A stretch of 64,000 bases of DNA, taken from Planctomycetota bacterium. Lineage in GTDB: Bacteria > Planctomycetota > UBA1135 > UBA2386. This document shows, in pieces, positions 25,935 to 36,287 of the stretch; position 1 is the stretch's first letter, and the number at the start of each line of letters is the position of its first letter. A program made the translations under genes and the position numbers. Where the stretch lies: NCBI GenBank assembly GCA_965223545.1, contig OZ245006.1, positions 7,536,505 through 7,600,504 on the forward strand, given 5' to 3'. The notes under the pieces were generated by a model, which searched no databases, was not told the origin of the DNA, and saw nothing but the letters and a program-made list of their open reading frames with translations.

Positions 25935-27719
25935 TCAGGGCAGCTTCAAGATGTCGTTGTAGGTGACGAACACCAGCAGCGCGACGATGAATGCGAGGCC
26001 GAGAACCTGGCTGTAGTGGAACACGCGTTCGCTGACGGGCGACCCCTTGATGCCCTCGATGAGGACGAACATCAGGTGGCCGCCGTCGAACATCGGGATC
26101 GGCAGCACGTTGATGAACGCCAAGTTGAGGCTGAGCACCGCCAAGAAGTAGAGGAAGCGCTCCCAGCCCGCCTGCGCCAGCGCGTAGCTCACGCGGGAGA
26201 TGGTGATGATGCCGCCGAGGTTCTTGGCGGCGACCTCGCCGGTGAACAGCTTCTTCAGCGTCACGTAGAGCCGCTTGATCCAGTCGAACGAGCAGACCAA
26301 GCCGGCCTGCAGGGCACCGCCGAACGACTCTTCGCGGATGATCTCGCGCACCGGTGTCAGCTGGGCGACGAAGCCGAGGTCGTTCTGCCGGCGGGCGGGT
26401 ACCAGGGTGAGGGAGTGCTCCTCACCACCGCGCCTCACGACCAGCTGCAGCGGGCCCGCGTCGCTCTGTCCAACCGCGGCGCGGAGGTCCTGCCAGCTGC
26501 TCAGCGCGACCCCGTTGATGGCGACGATCTCGTCGCCGGCGACCACGCCGGCGGCTTCCGCCGGCGAGTCGGGGTCCGGCGTCACCGCCGTGCTCTTCGG
26601 CGCGTGCGCCAGGCCGACGTGCGCGGCCAGGGCGGTGCGCGCCGCGGCGTCGGCCTCGGCCTCGAGCACGCGGGTCTCGCCGTCGCGCAAGACCGTCATG
26701 CGCAGCACTCCCGGTGTCGCGGCGACCGTCAGCGTGCCGCCGGCGAAGGGTTCCCCGTCGATGCTCTGGATGCGATCGCCGACCCGCAGATCGAGCGCCC
26801 GCAGCAGCGGCAAGCCGTCGCGTAGGCCGGCGACCTGCCGGTGCGCGGCGCGCACGCCGAGCATCGGCTGTGGCAGGTCGACCTGGCCCGGAGTGTACTG
26901 CAAGGTATGCGCGCGGCCGTCGCGCAGCACGGTCAGCTCCACCGCGCCGTCGGAGAAGCGCGTCGGTAGCTCCACGTCGACGTAGCTGTAGGCGTCCACC
27001 GGCGTCCCGTTCAGGGCGACCAGCGTGTCACCCGTGCGCGCCCCGGCAGCGTAGGCGGGCCCCCGCGCGTCGACGTCGAGCGTGACCGCGGTTTCCACCG
27101 CGCTGCGCACGCCGATCGTGTAGATGCCCTGCTCGCCGTCGTAGGCGGGATGGACCGTCGCGGAGTACTGTTCGCCGTCGCGCTCGACCATCAGGTCGAC
27201 TGGGCGGTCGCCGGCGAGCGCGATCTCGACGTGCAGGTTGTCGAACGAGTAAGTCTCTTTGTCGCCGACTTGCAGGATGCGGTCGCCGGTCTGCAAGCCC
27301 GCCTGCCACGCCGGGCTGCCGGCCGCCACATCGCCGAGCATCGGCGCATCGAACTCCACGCCGGCGCGGAACACGATGGGGAAGGCGACCAGGGCGAACA
27401 GCAGGTTCATCAACACGCCGCCGGCGAAGAACATCGCGCGCGCCGGAATGCTCTTGGAGTGCAGATCGCCCTCGGCGTCGATGCGCGAGGCGGTTGGGTC
27501 CTCGCCGGCGACGCGCACGTAGCCGCCGAGCGGCACCAGCGACAGCCGGTAGTCGGTATCGCCGCGGCGGAAGCCGGCCAGCCGCGGGCCGAACCCCAGC
27601 GAGAACACCAGCACGCGGACGCCGGCGAGGCGCGCGCACATGTAGTGGCCGGCCTCGTGGATGAACACCAAGAAGCCGATGCCCAGAGCGGCGAGCAGAA
27701 TGAAGTAGAGTTGCGACAT
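25935..27719 (-). CDS. rseP: RIP site-2 metalloprotease RseP (M50) with multiple PDZ domains
   Basis: HEAGHYMCARL (HExxH), several PDZ-like units, and the C-terminal NLAFINVLPIPMFDGGH motif. Directly downstream of dxr. Confidence 0.9.
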   Translation of the reverse strand: MSQLYFILLAALGIGFLVFIHEAGHYMCARLAGVRVLVFSLGFGPRLAGFRRGDTDYRLSLVPLGGYVRVAGEDPTASRIDAEGDLHSKSIPARAMFFAGGVLMNLLFALVAFPIVFRAGVEFDAPMLGDVAAGSPAWQAGLQTGDRILQVGDKETYSFDNLHVEIALAGDRPVDLMVERDGEQYSATVHPAYDGEQGIYTIGVRSAVETAVTLDVDARGPAYAAGARTGDTLVALNGTPVDAYSYVDVELPTRFSDGAVELTVLRDGRAHTLQYTPGQVDLPQPMLGVRAAHRQVAGLRDGLPLLRALDLRVGDRIQSIDGEPFAGGTLTVAATPGVLRMTVLRDGETRVLEAEADAAARTALAAHVGLAHAPKSTAVTPDPDSPAEAAGVVAGDEIVAINGVALSSWQDLRAAVGQSDAGPLQLVVRRGGEEHSLTLVPARRQNDLGFVAQLTPVREIIREESFGGALQAGLVCSFDWIKRLYVTLKKLFTGEVAAKNLGGIITISRVSYALAQAGWERFLYFLAVLSLNLAFINVLPIPMFDGGHLMFVLIEGIKGSPVSERVFHYSQVLGLAFIVALLVFVTYNDILKLP

Positions 27720-27721
27720 CG

Positions 27722-28864
27722 TCAGTGCAGCATGCGCATCGCCGCGCGCCGGGCCGCCTGGTCGGCAGCGTGCACGTCGGCCAGAGTCGCGACCGGCTTT
27801 GGCGAGTGGTCTCGCACGACCGCGGTCACGGTGTCGGTGATCGCGGTGAAGCGCGCCTTGCCGTCCAAGAACATCCCCGTCAACACTTCATCGGCAGCGT
27901 TCAGCACCGCACCTGAGTCGCCGCCCGCGCGCAGGGTGTCGTAGGCCAGCGGAATGGCGGGATAGCGCGCCTCGTCGACCGCCGCGAAGGTCAATTGCGA
28001 GAACGCGACCGGGTCGAAGGGCTCGAACTCGAACGGCACCCGCTCCGGATAGGCCAGACAGTAGAGGATCGGAACCCGCATATCGGGGCGGCCCAGCTGT
28101 GCCAGCATGCTGCCGTCGACGAACTCGACGATCGAGTGCACGATGCTCTGCGGGTGGATCAGGACGCGGATCTGGTCCGGCTCGAGGCCGAACAGCCACC
28201 GGGCTTCGAGAATCTCGAACGCCTTGTTCATCATCGTCGCCGAGCCGATGGTGATCCGCGGCCCCATTTCCCAGGTCGGATGGCGCAGCGCTTCTGCCGG
28301 CGTGATGTCGGCGAACGTGTCGAGCGCGCGCTCGCGGAACGGGCCGCCGGAGCCGGTCAGGTAGATGCGGCGCACCTTGCCCCGGTCCTCGCCCTGCAGG
28401 CACTGGAACACGGCGCAGTGCTCCGAGTCGACCGGCAGGATCGGCGCGCCGCTGTCGGCCGCCAGCTGCATCAGGTAGTCACCGGCGACCACCAGCGATT
28501 CCTTGTTGGCCAGCGCCAGCGGGATGCCGCGGCGCAATGCCCACTCCGACGCGGGCAGCCCGGCGGCGCCGGTGATCGCGTTGAGCACGATGTCCGGCTG
28601 GCCGGCCTCGAGGGCTTCGAGGACACCGTCCGCGCCGCGCAGCCACGCGCTGTCGGCGCTCTCGTCGCCCTCGCCTGCCACCAGGCAGACGGCGACCGGT
28701 TCGAAGCGCTCGACCTGCTGCTGCAGGGCTTGCGCGGACCGGTGCGCGGTCAGGGCGACCACCGAGAAGCGCTCCGGCCGGTCGGCGATCAGCTGCAGCG
28801 CCTGACAACCGACCGAGCCGGTGCTGCCGAGGATCGCCACGCGCTTCGGGGTATGGTCGCGCAC
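27722..28864 (-). CDS. dxr: 1-deoxy-D-xylulose 5-phosphate reductoisomerase
   Basis: ILGSTGSVGCQAL, ALANKESLV, PVDSEH, LTGSGGPFR, MGPRITIGSATMMNK. Confidence 0.93.
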   Translation of the reverse strand: MRDHTPKRVAILGSTGSVGCQALQLIADRPERFSVVALTAHRSAQALQQQVERFEPVAVCLVAGEGDESADSAWLRGADGVLEALEAGQPDIVLNAITGAAGLPASEWALRRGIPLALANKESLVVAGDYLMQLAADSGAPILPVDSEHCAVFQCLQGEDRGKVRRIYLTGSGGPFRERALDTFADITPAEALRHPTWEMGPRITIGSATMMNKAFEILEARWLFGLEPDQIRVLIHPQSIVHSIVEFVDGSMLAQLGRPDMRVPILYCLAYPERVPFEFEPFDPVAFSQLTFAAVDEARYPAIPLAYDTLRAGGDSGAVLNAADEVLTGMFLDGKARFTAITDTVTAVVRDHSPKPVATLADVHAADQAARRAAMRMLH

Positions 28865-28928
28865 GACTTCGCTGGTTTATGGTCTCGGCCTCGCCCGGGC
28901 AAACTCAACACCGAAAACCGCCGCCACC

Positions 28929-29459
28929 ATGTCCCGCCGCTGGGAAGACCGCGCCGCGTTCTGCATCGTGTGCGGTGCGCCCCTGCACCGGCGGGAGGCC
29001 TACGGCCGGCCGCGCAAGTGTTGCACCCGCTGCGACTACGTGCAGTTCCGCTCGCCGGCCTGCGCCGCGGGAGTCGTGGTCGCGCGCGGCCGGGAGGTGC
29101 TCCTGATCCGCCGCGGGATCGAGCCCTACCGGGGCGCGTGGGGCATCCCGGCCGGGTTCCAGGACTACGACGAGGAGCCGGAGGCCGCCGCGGTGCGCGA
29201 AGTGCGCGAGGAGACCGGCCTGGAGGTGCGGCTGCACCGCCTGCTCGCCGTGTGCTACACGCGCGACGACCCGCGCAATCGCGTCAACGTCGCGATCTAC
29301 CTCGGCGAGGCCGTTGCCGGCGAGCTGGCGGCGGCCGATGATGCGGTCGCGGCGTGCTACTTCTCCTTGGATGCACTGCCCGAGCCGATCGCCTTCGACA
29401 ACAACCGCGCGGTGCTGCGTGAGCTGCGCCGCCAGTGTCCCACCGGGAGCTTGCTTTGA
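28929..29459 (+). CDS. NUDIX hydrolase with N-terminal zinc ribbon
   Basis: CIVCG..CTRCD zinc ribbon. Nudix box GFQDYDEEPEAAAVREVREETGL. Confidence 0.8.
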   Translation: MSRRWEDRAAFCIVCGAPLHRREAYGRPRKCCTRCDYVQFRSPACAAGVVVARGREVLLIRRGIEPYRGAWGIPAGFQDYDEEPEAAAVREVREETGLEVRLHRLLAVCYTRDDPRNRVNVAIYLGEAVAGELAAADDAVAACYFSLDALPEPIAFDNNRAVLRELRRQCPTGSLL

Positions 29460-30493
29460 GCGAACCATCCTCCGCCTATCGCCAGGCCGGCGTCGACATC
29501 GACGCCAAGTACCAGGCCGTGCAGAGCAGTCGCGAGGCGATCCGCTCGACGTACACGAAGGGCGTGGTCGGCGATGTCGGGCAGTTCGGCGGCATCTTCG
29601 ATCTCGCCGCGGCGGGCGCCGCGGGTCAGCTGCTGGTGGCCTCCACCGATGGGGTCGGCACCAAGGTCAAGGTCGCCAAGGCGGCGGGCCGGCTCGCCGG
29701 GGTCGGCGCCGACCTCGTCAACCACTGCGTCAACGACATCCTCGTGCAGGGTGCGCGGCCGCTCTTCTTCCTCGATTACATCGCCGTGGCGCGCATGGTG
29801 CCCGAGGAGGTGCGCGCGGTGCTCGGCGGCGTCGCCGCGGCGTGCCGCGAGAACCAAACCGCCCTGCTGGGTGGCGAGACGGCGGAGATGCCGGGGGTCT
29901 ACCGCGACGGCGAGCTCGACGTCGCCGGCACCATCGTCGGCTGCGTCGCGCGCGAGCGGGTGCTGGACGGCAGTCGCGTGGCCGCGGGCGACGTCCTGAT
30001 CGCGCTGCCCTCCTCCGGCCTGCACACCAACGGCTACTCGCTGGCGCGCCGGGTCGCGTTCGAACAGCTCAAGCTCGGTCCGGACGACCGGCCGTCGGTG
30101 CTGGCCGGAGCAACCGTCGCCGACGCGCTGCTCGCGGTCCACCGCTCCTACTTGGCCGCGGTCTGGCCCCTTCTCGAGGCGGACCTCGTGCACGCCATGG
30201 CGCACATCACCGGTGGCGGTCTCTACGACAATCTGCCGCGCGTGCTGCCCGCCGGGGTCGGGGTCGAGATCGAGCGCGCGGCGATGCCGCGTCCACCGGT
30301 GTTCGAGCTCTTGGTCGACGGCGGCGAGATCGACGAGGTCGAGGCCTACCGGGTCTTCAACATGGGGTTCGGCATGGTTCTCATCGTCGACCCCGAACAC
30401 GGCGACGCGGTGCAGGACCGGCTGCGCGCCGCCGGTGAAGATGCCCACCGGGTCGGCACGGTGGTCGCGCGCGAGGGTGTCGAGCTGCGCTGA
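29435..30493 (+). CDS. purM: Phosphoribosylformylglycinamidine cyclo-ligase (AIR synthetase)
   Basis: YRQAGVDID, DGVGTKVKVA, DLVNHCVNDILVQGARPLFFLDY, GGETAEMPG. The start is uncertain (GTG 29435 or TTG 29456, which forms a TTGA overlap). Confidence 0.9.
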   Translation: MSHRELALSEPSSAYRQAGVDIDAKYQAVQSSREAIRSTYTKGVVGDVGQFGGIFDLAAAGAAGQLLVASTDGVGTKVKVAKAAGRLAGVGADLVNHCVNDILVQGARPLFFLDYIAVARMVPEEVRAVLGGVAAACRENQTALLGGETAEMPGVYRDGELDVAGTIVGCVARERVLDGSRVAAGDVLIALPSSGLHTNGYSLARRVAFEQLKLGPDDRPSVLAGATVADALLAVHRSYLAAVWPLLEADLVHAMAHITGGGLYDNLPRVLPAGVGVEIERAAMPRPPVFELLVDGGEIDEVEAYRVFNMGFGMVLIVDPEHGDAVQDRLRAAGEDAHRVGTVVAREGVELR

Positions 30494-30508
30494 AAGGCGG
30501 TGTGAGCG

Positions 30509-31480
30509 GTGGTGGAGTGGCAGCGGGACAAGCACGGGTTGGCGGCGGCGCCGCTGCGCGCCGCGCTGATCGTGGCGGCGCTGGGCGCCGGTGGCTTGAC
30601 CGGGCAGGAGGTCACCGTCGGGCTGCAAGATGCCTACCAGCGCGCGCAGGAGCTGGCCGTGGCAGGCGCGCCCGAGGAAGAACAGCGCGACGCCTACGCG
30701 CGGGCGTGGAGTTCGTACGCGCGCCTCGATCCGAGCAGCGACGCGGCGCGGGAGTGGTTCGCCGCCGCGGTCTACAGCGCGATTCGCGCCGGTGAGGCGG
30801 CGCGCGTCGCGGCGCTGCTGCAGCAGCGCGTCGACGCCGGCGATGTCGACGCGGCCACCGTCGAGTGGTTGCTGCGGGCGCACCTCGCCGCCGGCGCCGC
30901 CGACCCGGCACTGCGCGCCGTGCGGCGGCACATCGACGCGCACGGCGATCTCGTGCACCGCGTGTTGGTCGAGCACGGTGGGCTGGCCGGTCTGGGGGCA
31001 GCGGCGGTGGCGGGTGGCTGGTTGCGGCGGGGGGACACCGACGCGGCGATGTGGTTGTTCGAGTTCGCCGTCGAGAGCTCGCAGCGGCACGCCTTCGACT
31101 TGGCCAACCTGGCGTTGGCCAACCGCCACATCGGCCGGATCGAGGACGCCGAGTCGCTGTATCGCGAGGCGTTGGAGGCCGCGCCCGACGACGCCATCCT
31201 GTGGAACGACTGGGCTTTGTTCCTCAAGGGGACGGGGCGGCCGGCGGAAGCGGCGGAGGCGCTGGAGCGCAGCCGGCAGTGTGAGCAGCCGCCCGACACC
31301 GGGCCGGCGACCACCAATCTGCTCCTGCTCGCACTGGGTCGCGGCGAGGGGGTTGGGCCGGCGGTGGGGCAGATGGCAGTGGTGCTGGCCAAGCGACCCG
31401 CGGCTGCGTTGGCGCGGCGCGCCCTTCTGCAGGGGGTCGCCGCGGATTGGCACCGCGGCCTCGGCGCCGCGCGGCGATGA
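30509..31480 (+). CDS. TPR-repeat protein (exported/membrane-anchored)
   Basis: 323 aa with an N-terminal hydrophobic segment and TPR-like units (LANLALANRHIGRIEDAESLYREALEAAPDDAILWNDWALFLKGTGRPAEA). Confidence 0.6.
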   Translation: MVEWQRDKHGLAAAPLRAALIVAALGAGGLTGQEVTVGLQDAYQRAQELAVAGAPEEEQRDAYARAWSSYARLDPSSDAAREWFAAAVYSAIRAGEAARVAALLQQRVDAGDVDAATVEWLLRAHLAAGAADPALRAVRRHIDAHGDLVHRVLVEHGGLAGLGAAAVAGGWLRRGDTDAAMWLFEFAVESSQRHAFDLANLALANRHIGRIEDAESLYREALEAAPDDAILWNDWALFLKGTGRPAEAAEALERSRQCEQPPDTGPATTNLLLLALGRGEGVGPAVGQMAVVLAKRPAAALARRALLQGVAADWHRGLGAARR

Positions 31481-31731
31481 CCGTAATCGTTCCGCCGACG
31501 TAACAGGTCGGTCCCCGCCGGCGATCCTTCCGGGCTGGATTCCCTCGGCGCGGTCGTCACGTCGGGATAAGCTCGTGCCGGACCGATGCCTGAAGGACGC
31601 GAACCGACGCGCCTCCGGTGAGGTTGGCGCGCGGTTTGCACCAACGATTCGCCGGGATGGTTGCGGCGCGTGGTTGGCGCCCCCCGCCCGCGGCATCGCT
31701 TCCACCGAGAATCTGCCAATAGGAGCCAACG

Positions 31732-33066
31732 ATGGTGTTCACCGCAGTCGCCTTGACGCTCGCCCTACTCGCCCCACAGGACCCTCCGGGCGACCCGCGG
31801 CTGACGTCGGTCCTCAAAGCCAGCGAGATCAAGAAGCTCAATGGCCTGGCCGTGAAGTGGTTCCAGGCGCGTCAGCGCTACGATGAGGAGACCGAAGCCC
31901 AAAGCTTGGTCAAGCTCAGCCAGCTGACCTCGCGCGCCAAGGAGAAGTTCATCAACGAGTGGGAGAAGCGCGACGCGCCCCTGCAGCACGTCGGCGATGT
32001 GCTGGCCGTGTTCGCCAACGTGTTCGACTACGACAACGAGTCGGGCACCGGTGAGATGCGGTTGCGCAAGGAGAAGGGGGCGTTGCAGGACTACTACGCG
32101 GCGATCCCCCGGGGCTACCGCGGCAAGGAAGCCATGCGGTGTCTGCTGCAGCTTCCGGCTCGCGAGGACGACGCCACGATCAGCGCGGAGGACTTCTACG
32201 AGGCCACCTGGAAGGGCACCGAGTTCGCCGAGTCCACGCTGGTGCTCGCCCCGCAGATGCCGGAGACGGCGCTCGACTACCTGGGCGATCTGTCGACGCC
32301 GGATGGTGATGCGCGCGAGTCGGACTACATCCGCGCCGTGCTCGGCGCTGCGGGCGAGGCCCAGCGCCAGCTCAACATGGACCGCGGTCGCTTGATCCTC
32401 GATTGCGGCGAGGGCGCCGGCGCCTTCGGTCTGCGGTTGGCGAGCTACTTCCCGGCGCGCTTCGCCGGCGTCATCGTCCGCCACCCCGTCGACATGGGCG
32501 CGTTCCGCATGGCGAGCTTGGGCGGGATGTCGGTGTGCTTGATCTCGTCGGCCGAGACTGCCGAGGCGGCCGGCAAGATCAAGGAGGCCCTCGACGCGCT
32601 CGAACCGGGCGCGTGCACCGTGCTCGAAGCCGAGGGCGAGGCCCCGTACGGCGGCATGCACGAGGCGATCGGCAAGTGGGCCGAGGGTGTGGAGCGCGAC
32701 CTGTTCCGCAGCAAGGTGACGTGGGCGCCGAACAACGATCGGTTCCGCAAGGCCTACTGGGTGACCGTGCCGCTGTTCGAGACCGCGTTCGGCCCGGCGG
32801 AGTTGCAGCCGTTCCTGTCGGCGGAGGCCGACCGCGACTCCAACACCATCCGCATCGAGGCGAAGAACATCACCGAGGTCTCCCTGTTCCTCAACGACGC
32901 GCTGATCGATCTCGACAAGGAGTTCACCGTCGTGGTCAACGGCAAGGCGCTGACCGAGAAGTTGGAGCGCAACTTCCACAACATGACCGACTGGATGTTC
33001 AACCGCTTCGACCCCGGCTACATGTTCACGACGACCTACACGACGGCCGTGCCCGAGGCCCAGTAG
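31732..33066 (+). CDS. Secreted hypothetical protein, alpha/beta-hydrolase-like without a canonical GxSxG
   Basis: 444 aa with a signal peptide (MVFTAVALTLALLA). The central LILDCGEGAGAFGLRLA sits where a nucleophile elbow would be (Ser replaced). More Lys/Glu/Phe-rich than the neighbours, but third positions are G/C-rich. Confidence 0.55.
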   Translation: MVFTAVALTLALLAPQDPPGDPRLTSVLKASEIKKLNGLAVKWFQARQRYDEETEAQSLVKLSQLTSRAKEKFINEWEKRDAPLQHVGDVLAVFANVFDYDNESGTGEMRLRKEKGALQDYYAAIPRGYRGKEAMRCLLQLPAREDDATISAEDFYEATWKGTEFAESTLVLAPQMPETALDYLGDLSTPDGDARESDYIRAVLGAAGEAQRQLNMDRGRLILDCGEGAGAFGLRLASYFPARFAGVIVRHPVDMGAFRMASLGGMSVCLISSAETAEAAGKIKEALDALEPGACTVLEAEGEAPYGGMHEAIGKWAEGVERDLFRSKVTWAPNNDRFRKAYWVTVPLFETAFGPAELQPFLSAEADRDSNTIRIEAKNITEVSLFLNDALIDLDKEFTVVVNGKALTEKLERNFHNMTDWMFNRFDPGYMFTTTYTTAVPEAQ

Positions 33067-33079
33067 GCGTTTTCCGCGG

Positions 33080-35023
33080 TTGGCTAGTCCTAGTACCGAC
33101 AGCGCCGAGCTGCCGGCGGCGCGCGGTGCGTTGGCGTCGTTCGCCGCCGGGCACGCCATCATGAGCATCGAGCTGTCGGCGGTGCGGCTCATGGCACCGC
33201 ATTTTGGCGACAGCGCGTTCGTCTGGACCAACGTCATCGGCGTCCTGCTGGTGGCCTTGGCGGTCGGCGCCTGGTGCGGCGGCCAGCTTGCGGAGCGACC
33301 GCGCGCGCTGGCGCTCACCGCAGTGCTGCTGCTGATCGCCGGCGCCTGGACCGCGGTAGTGCCGCTGGTGGCGCCGGCGATCGGTGGCTTCTTGTTGCCG
33401 CAAGACCTCTTGTTGGACGCGGCGATGCCGGCGATGGTCCGGGGTTCGCTGGTCGCCTCGCTGTTGTTGTTTGCGCCGCCGGTGGCGGTGGCGGGCTGCA
33501 TCACTCCGGTGCTGGTCGTCGCCTTGGCGCGCCATCGGCCCGTCGGGCGGGCGTGCGGTGTGGTGGCGGCGGCGTCGACTCTCGGCAGCCTGACGGGCAC
33601 GTTCGCGACCACGCACTGGTTGATCCCCGAGCTGGGCAGCCGGGCGACGCTGTGGATCGATGCCGCCATTCTGGCATTGGCGGCGGCGCTGTTGCGGCCG
33701 AGCCTGCCGCGGGCCGCCCTGTGCGCCGTGCCGCTTCTGCTCATGCCGGCGCGCGACCTGCCGCTGCGCGCGCCGCCCGCCGACGCAGTCCTGCTCGCCG
33801 AGGTAGAGAGCCCGTATCAGTTCTTGCGGGTGCTGCGGCGCGATGCGGATGGGGGTGCGGTCACCACGTTGAAGATCAACGAGGGGCTGGATTCGTTCCA
33901 TTCGATCGCGATCGAAGGGCAGCCGTTCACCGGCGGCCGCTACTACGACTATCACCTCGCCGCCGCGCTGCTCGCCGGCGACGGCACGGCGCCGGCGGAA
34001 CCGCGCGTTCTGTCTTGTGGCGCGGCCGCTGGCTCGTTCTCACGCGTGTTCGGTGCCGTTTTTTCGCGCTGCACGGTGGACGCGGTGGAGCTCGACCCCG
34101 CTGTGGTCGAGCTCGGAGAGCGCTGGTTCGGTGGCCGTGGGGCAGGCGGTGAGGTGTACTCGGGCGTCGATGCGCGGGTCTTCGTCGAGTGCACCGACAA
34201 GACCTACGACGTGGTGCTCGTCGATGCCTACGAGCACCAGATCTACGTCCCCGCGCACGTCTCCAGCCGCCAGTTCTTTGCGGCGGTGCGACGTTGTCTG
34301 GCGCCCGGCGGAGTGGTCGCCATCAACGCCGGCGGTGTCTCGTTCGAAGACGGCGTGGTGCGCGCGCTCGGTCACACGATGGCAGAGGTGTTCGGCGAGG
34401 CCTGGGCGTTTCGTGTGCCGCGATCGCGCAACTTCGCGATCTTCGCGCGGCGCGACGACCAAATCGAACCGGCGCAGCTGCGCGGTTCGCCGCCGCGGGC
34501 CGAGTTGGCGGAAGTCTGGCGGGAGCTGGCGGCACCGGGGGCGTGGCGTCAGTTCGGCCGCGGCGAGCCGGTGCTCGACGACGACCGTCCCTTGCTCGAC
34601 GTGTTGCAGAACCGCGCGTTGGCGGTGCGCGATGGCGTGGCCGAGCTGATCGCGATGGCCGGCGACGTCGACCCGGCCGATGCCGAGGAGCGCGCCCGCG
34701 CGGCGCGCGCCGCCGGCGACTGGGCCCAAGCGCTCGAGGCGCTGGGCGAGGCGCGGCAGGCCAACGCCAGGCTGCGGCTGGCGGCCGGCGACCTGCGCTG
34801 GTTACAGCGCGACTTGACCGGAGCGGCGGCCGAGTACGAGGCTGCGCGCGCGTTCGACGACGCGGCGCTGCGCCCGTACCTCGAGCCGCGGCAGAGCGAC
34901 CTCGCGGTCGAGCTGGCGGGGCTGGCGCGCGCCGGCGACGTGGCCGCGCGCAACGGCTGGTTGGCCTGGGCGGGGATCGCCGCTGGTGGCCTGGCGGCGT
35001 TCTTCGCGCTGCGCGCCGTCTGA
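33080..35023 (+). CDS. Fused polytopic membrane / spermidine synthase-like methyltransferase-fold protein with C-terminal TPR-like region and TM helix
   Basis: 647 aa with about 7 N-terminal TM helices. Then VLSCGAAAGSFS..VDAVELDPAVVELGERWFG..YDVVLVDAY..LAPGGVVAINAG. TTG start uncertain. Confidence 0.75.
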   Translation: MASPSTDSAELPAARGALASFAAGHAIMSIELSAVRLMAPHFGDSAFVWTNVIGVLLVALAVGAWCGGQLAERPRALALTAVLLLIAGAWTAVVPLVAPAIGGFLLPQDLLLDAAMPAMVRGSLVASLLLFAPPVAVAGCITPVLVVALARHRPVGRACGVVAAASTLGSLTGTFATTHWLIPELGSRATLWIDAAILALAAALLRPSLPRAALCAVPLLLMPARDLPLRAPPADAVLLAEVESPYQFLRVLRRDADGGAVTTLKINEGLDSFHSIAIEGQPFTGGRYYDYHLAAALLAGDGTAPAEPRVLSCGAAAGSFSRVFGAVFSRCTVDAVELDPAVVELGERWFGGRGAGGEVYSGVDARVFVECTDKTYDVVLVDAYEHQIYVPAHVSSRQFFAAVRRCLAPGGVVAINAGGVSFEDGVVRALGHTMAEVFGEAWAFRVPRSRNFAIFARRDDQIEPAQLRGSPPRAELAEVWRELAAPGAWRQFGRGEPVLDDDRPLLDVLQNRALAVRDGVAELIAMAGDVDPADAEERARAARAAGDWAQALEALGEARQANARLRLAAGDLRWLQRDLTGAAAEYEAARAFDDAALRPYLEPRQSDLAVELAGLARAGDVAARNGWLAWAGIAAGGLAAFFALRAV

Positions 35024-35108
35024 CGGCTCGTGGCCTAGACGCGTGGCCGGAAAATGCCGCTTTGGCGAGTCGACTTAGTCGCCAGCAGCAAGCCGGCTTG
35101 AATCCGAA

Positions 35109-36287
35109 TCAGGCACTGCTGGAGTTGCCAAACGTTGCACTGGCCCGGCCGACGATCATCGGGTCTATTGCTCCGACTTGATCCAAGTCCTTACCGTCGT
35201 AGGGGAAGCCGTGTAGGAAGCAGCGCATGGCGTTCAGTCGTGCGCGCTTCTTGCAGTCGGACTTGATGACCGTCCAAGGCGCATCGGCGGTGTCTGTGTG
35301 GAAGAACATCGCTTCCTTCGCCTTGGTGTAGTCGTCCCATTTGTCCAGGGACTCCCGGTCGATCGGGCTCAGCTTCCATTGTTTGAGAGGATGCGCCTCA
35401 CGCGCTTTGAAGCGGCGACGCTGTTCCTCCCGGCTAACCGAGAACCAGTACTTCACGAGATGTGTGCCGCTGCGCACCAGGTGGCGTTCGAACTCCGGGC
35501 ACTGGCGCATGAACTCGACGTACTGATTGTTATCGCAAAAGTCCATCACGCGCTCGACACCTGCGCGGTTGTACCAGGAGCGATCGAACAGAACGATCTC
35601 ACCCTCGGTCGGGAGGTGGCGCACGTAGCGCTGGAAGTACCACTGCCCGCGTTCTGCGTCGGTTGGCTTGTCCAAGGCGACAACCCGCGCGCCGCGTGGA
35701 TTGAGATGTTCCATGAAGCGCTTGATCGTGCCGCCCTTGCCTGCCGCATCGCGGCCTTCGAAGAGAATCACGGCGCGCTCACCCGACCGGCGTGCCCAGG
35801 CTTGCAGTTTCAGAAGCTCCACCTGCAGCAGGTACTTCTGCGCTTCGTAGCGTCGCCGAGACATCTTGTTCCGGTACGGGTAGCCGCCGTTGCGCCAGTC
35901 ATCTGACAGCTCCTCGTCGGGGTGGACCTTGCCCCCGGCCTTGGCCATACGGGTGCGGAGAGCCCGCTGGATCAAGTCGAGCTCTTCGACTGACGCGTCG
36001 CCGAGCAGGTTGCGGATGGTCTTCGGCAGGGCCTTGCCTTCGCCGCGACGCACCGCGTCGTGCACGGCGACGGCCTGTGTCCCAACGGCGCTGGCTGTCG
36101 CGTTGAGTACCGTGCGCCGTGCCGAAGCACTGGGTCTCGTATCGGGCACCGCATCAATGCGCTCGGTGACGTCCCTCAACTCCTCTGCAGTGGACTCAAG
36201 AAGTCCGTTACGGGGTGCGTTGAGGTGTTGGTTGCGCTGACTCCGCCGGTGCTTCCTCTTCTCGCGATTCTTTTTCTTCTTGCCCAT
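35109..36287 (-). CDS. ppk2: Polyphosphate kinase 2 with an N-terminal basic extension of about 120 aa
   Basis: ILFEGRDAAGKGGTIKRF, WYFQRYVRHLP, VLFDRSWYNRAGVERVMDF, KYWFSVSREEQRRRF. The N-terminus is MGKKKKNREKRKHRRSQ. Codon usage is visibly atypical. Confidence 0.9.
   Translation of the reverse strand: MGKKKKNREKRKHRRSQRNQHLNAPRNGLLESTAEELRDVTERIDAVPDTRPSASARRTVLNATASAVGTQAVAVHDAVRRGEGKALPKTIRNLLGDASVEELDLIQRALRTRMAKAGGKVHPDEELSDDWRNGGYPYRNKMSRRRYEAQKYLLQVELLKLQAWARRSGERAVILFEGRDAAGKGGTIKRFMEHLNPRGARVVALDKPTDAERGQWYFQRYVRHLPTEGEIVLFDRSWYNRAGVERVMDFCDNNQYVEFMRQCPEFERHLVRSGTHLVKYWFSVSREEQRRRFKAREAHPLKQWKLSPIDRESLDKWDDYTKAKEAMFFHTDTADAPWTVIKSDCKKRARLNAMRCFLHGFPYDGKDLDQVGAIDPMIVGRASATFGNSSSA

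Noticed and set aside
31481-31731. A 250-nt intergenic region with repeated GGTTGGCGC (31622-31630, 31672-31680) and GGTTGCGGCGC (31659-31669); possible leader or ncRNA
   Set aside because: I could recognise no known riboswitch or ncRNA signature. The stems are short and GC-rich, as expected by chance. It is kept only as a place to look if RNA-seq is available.
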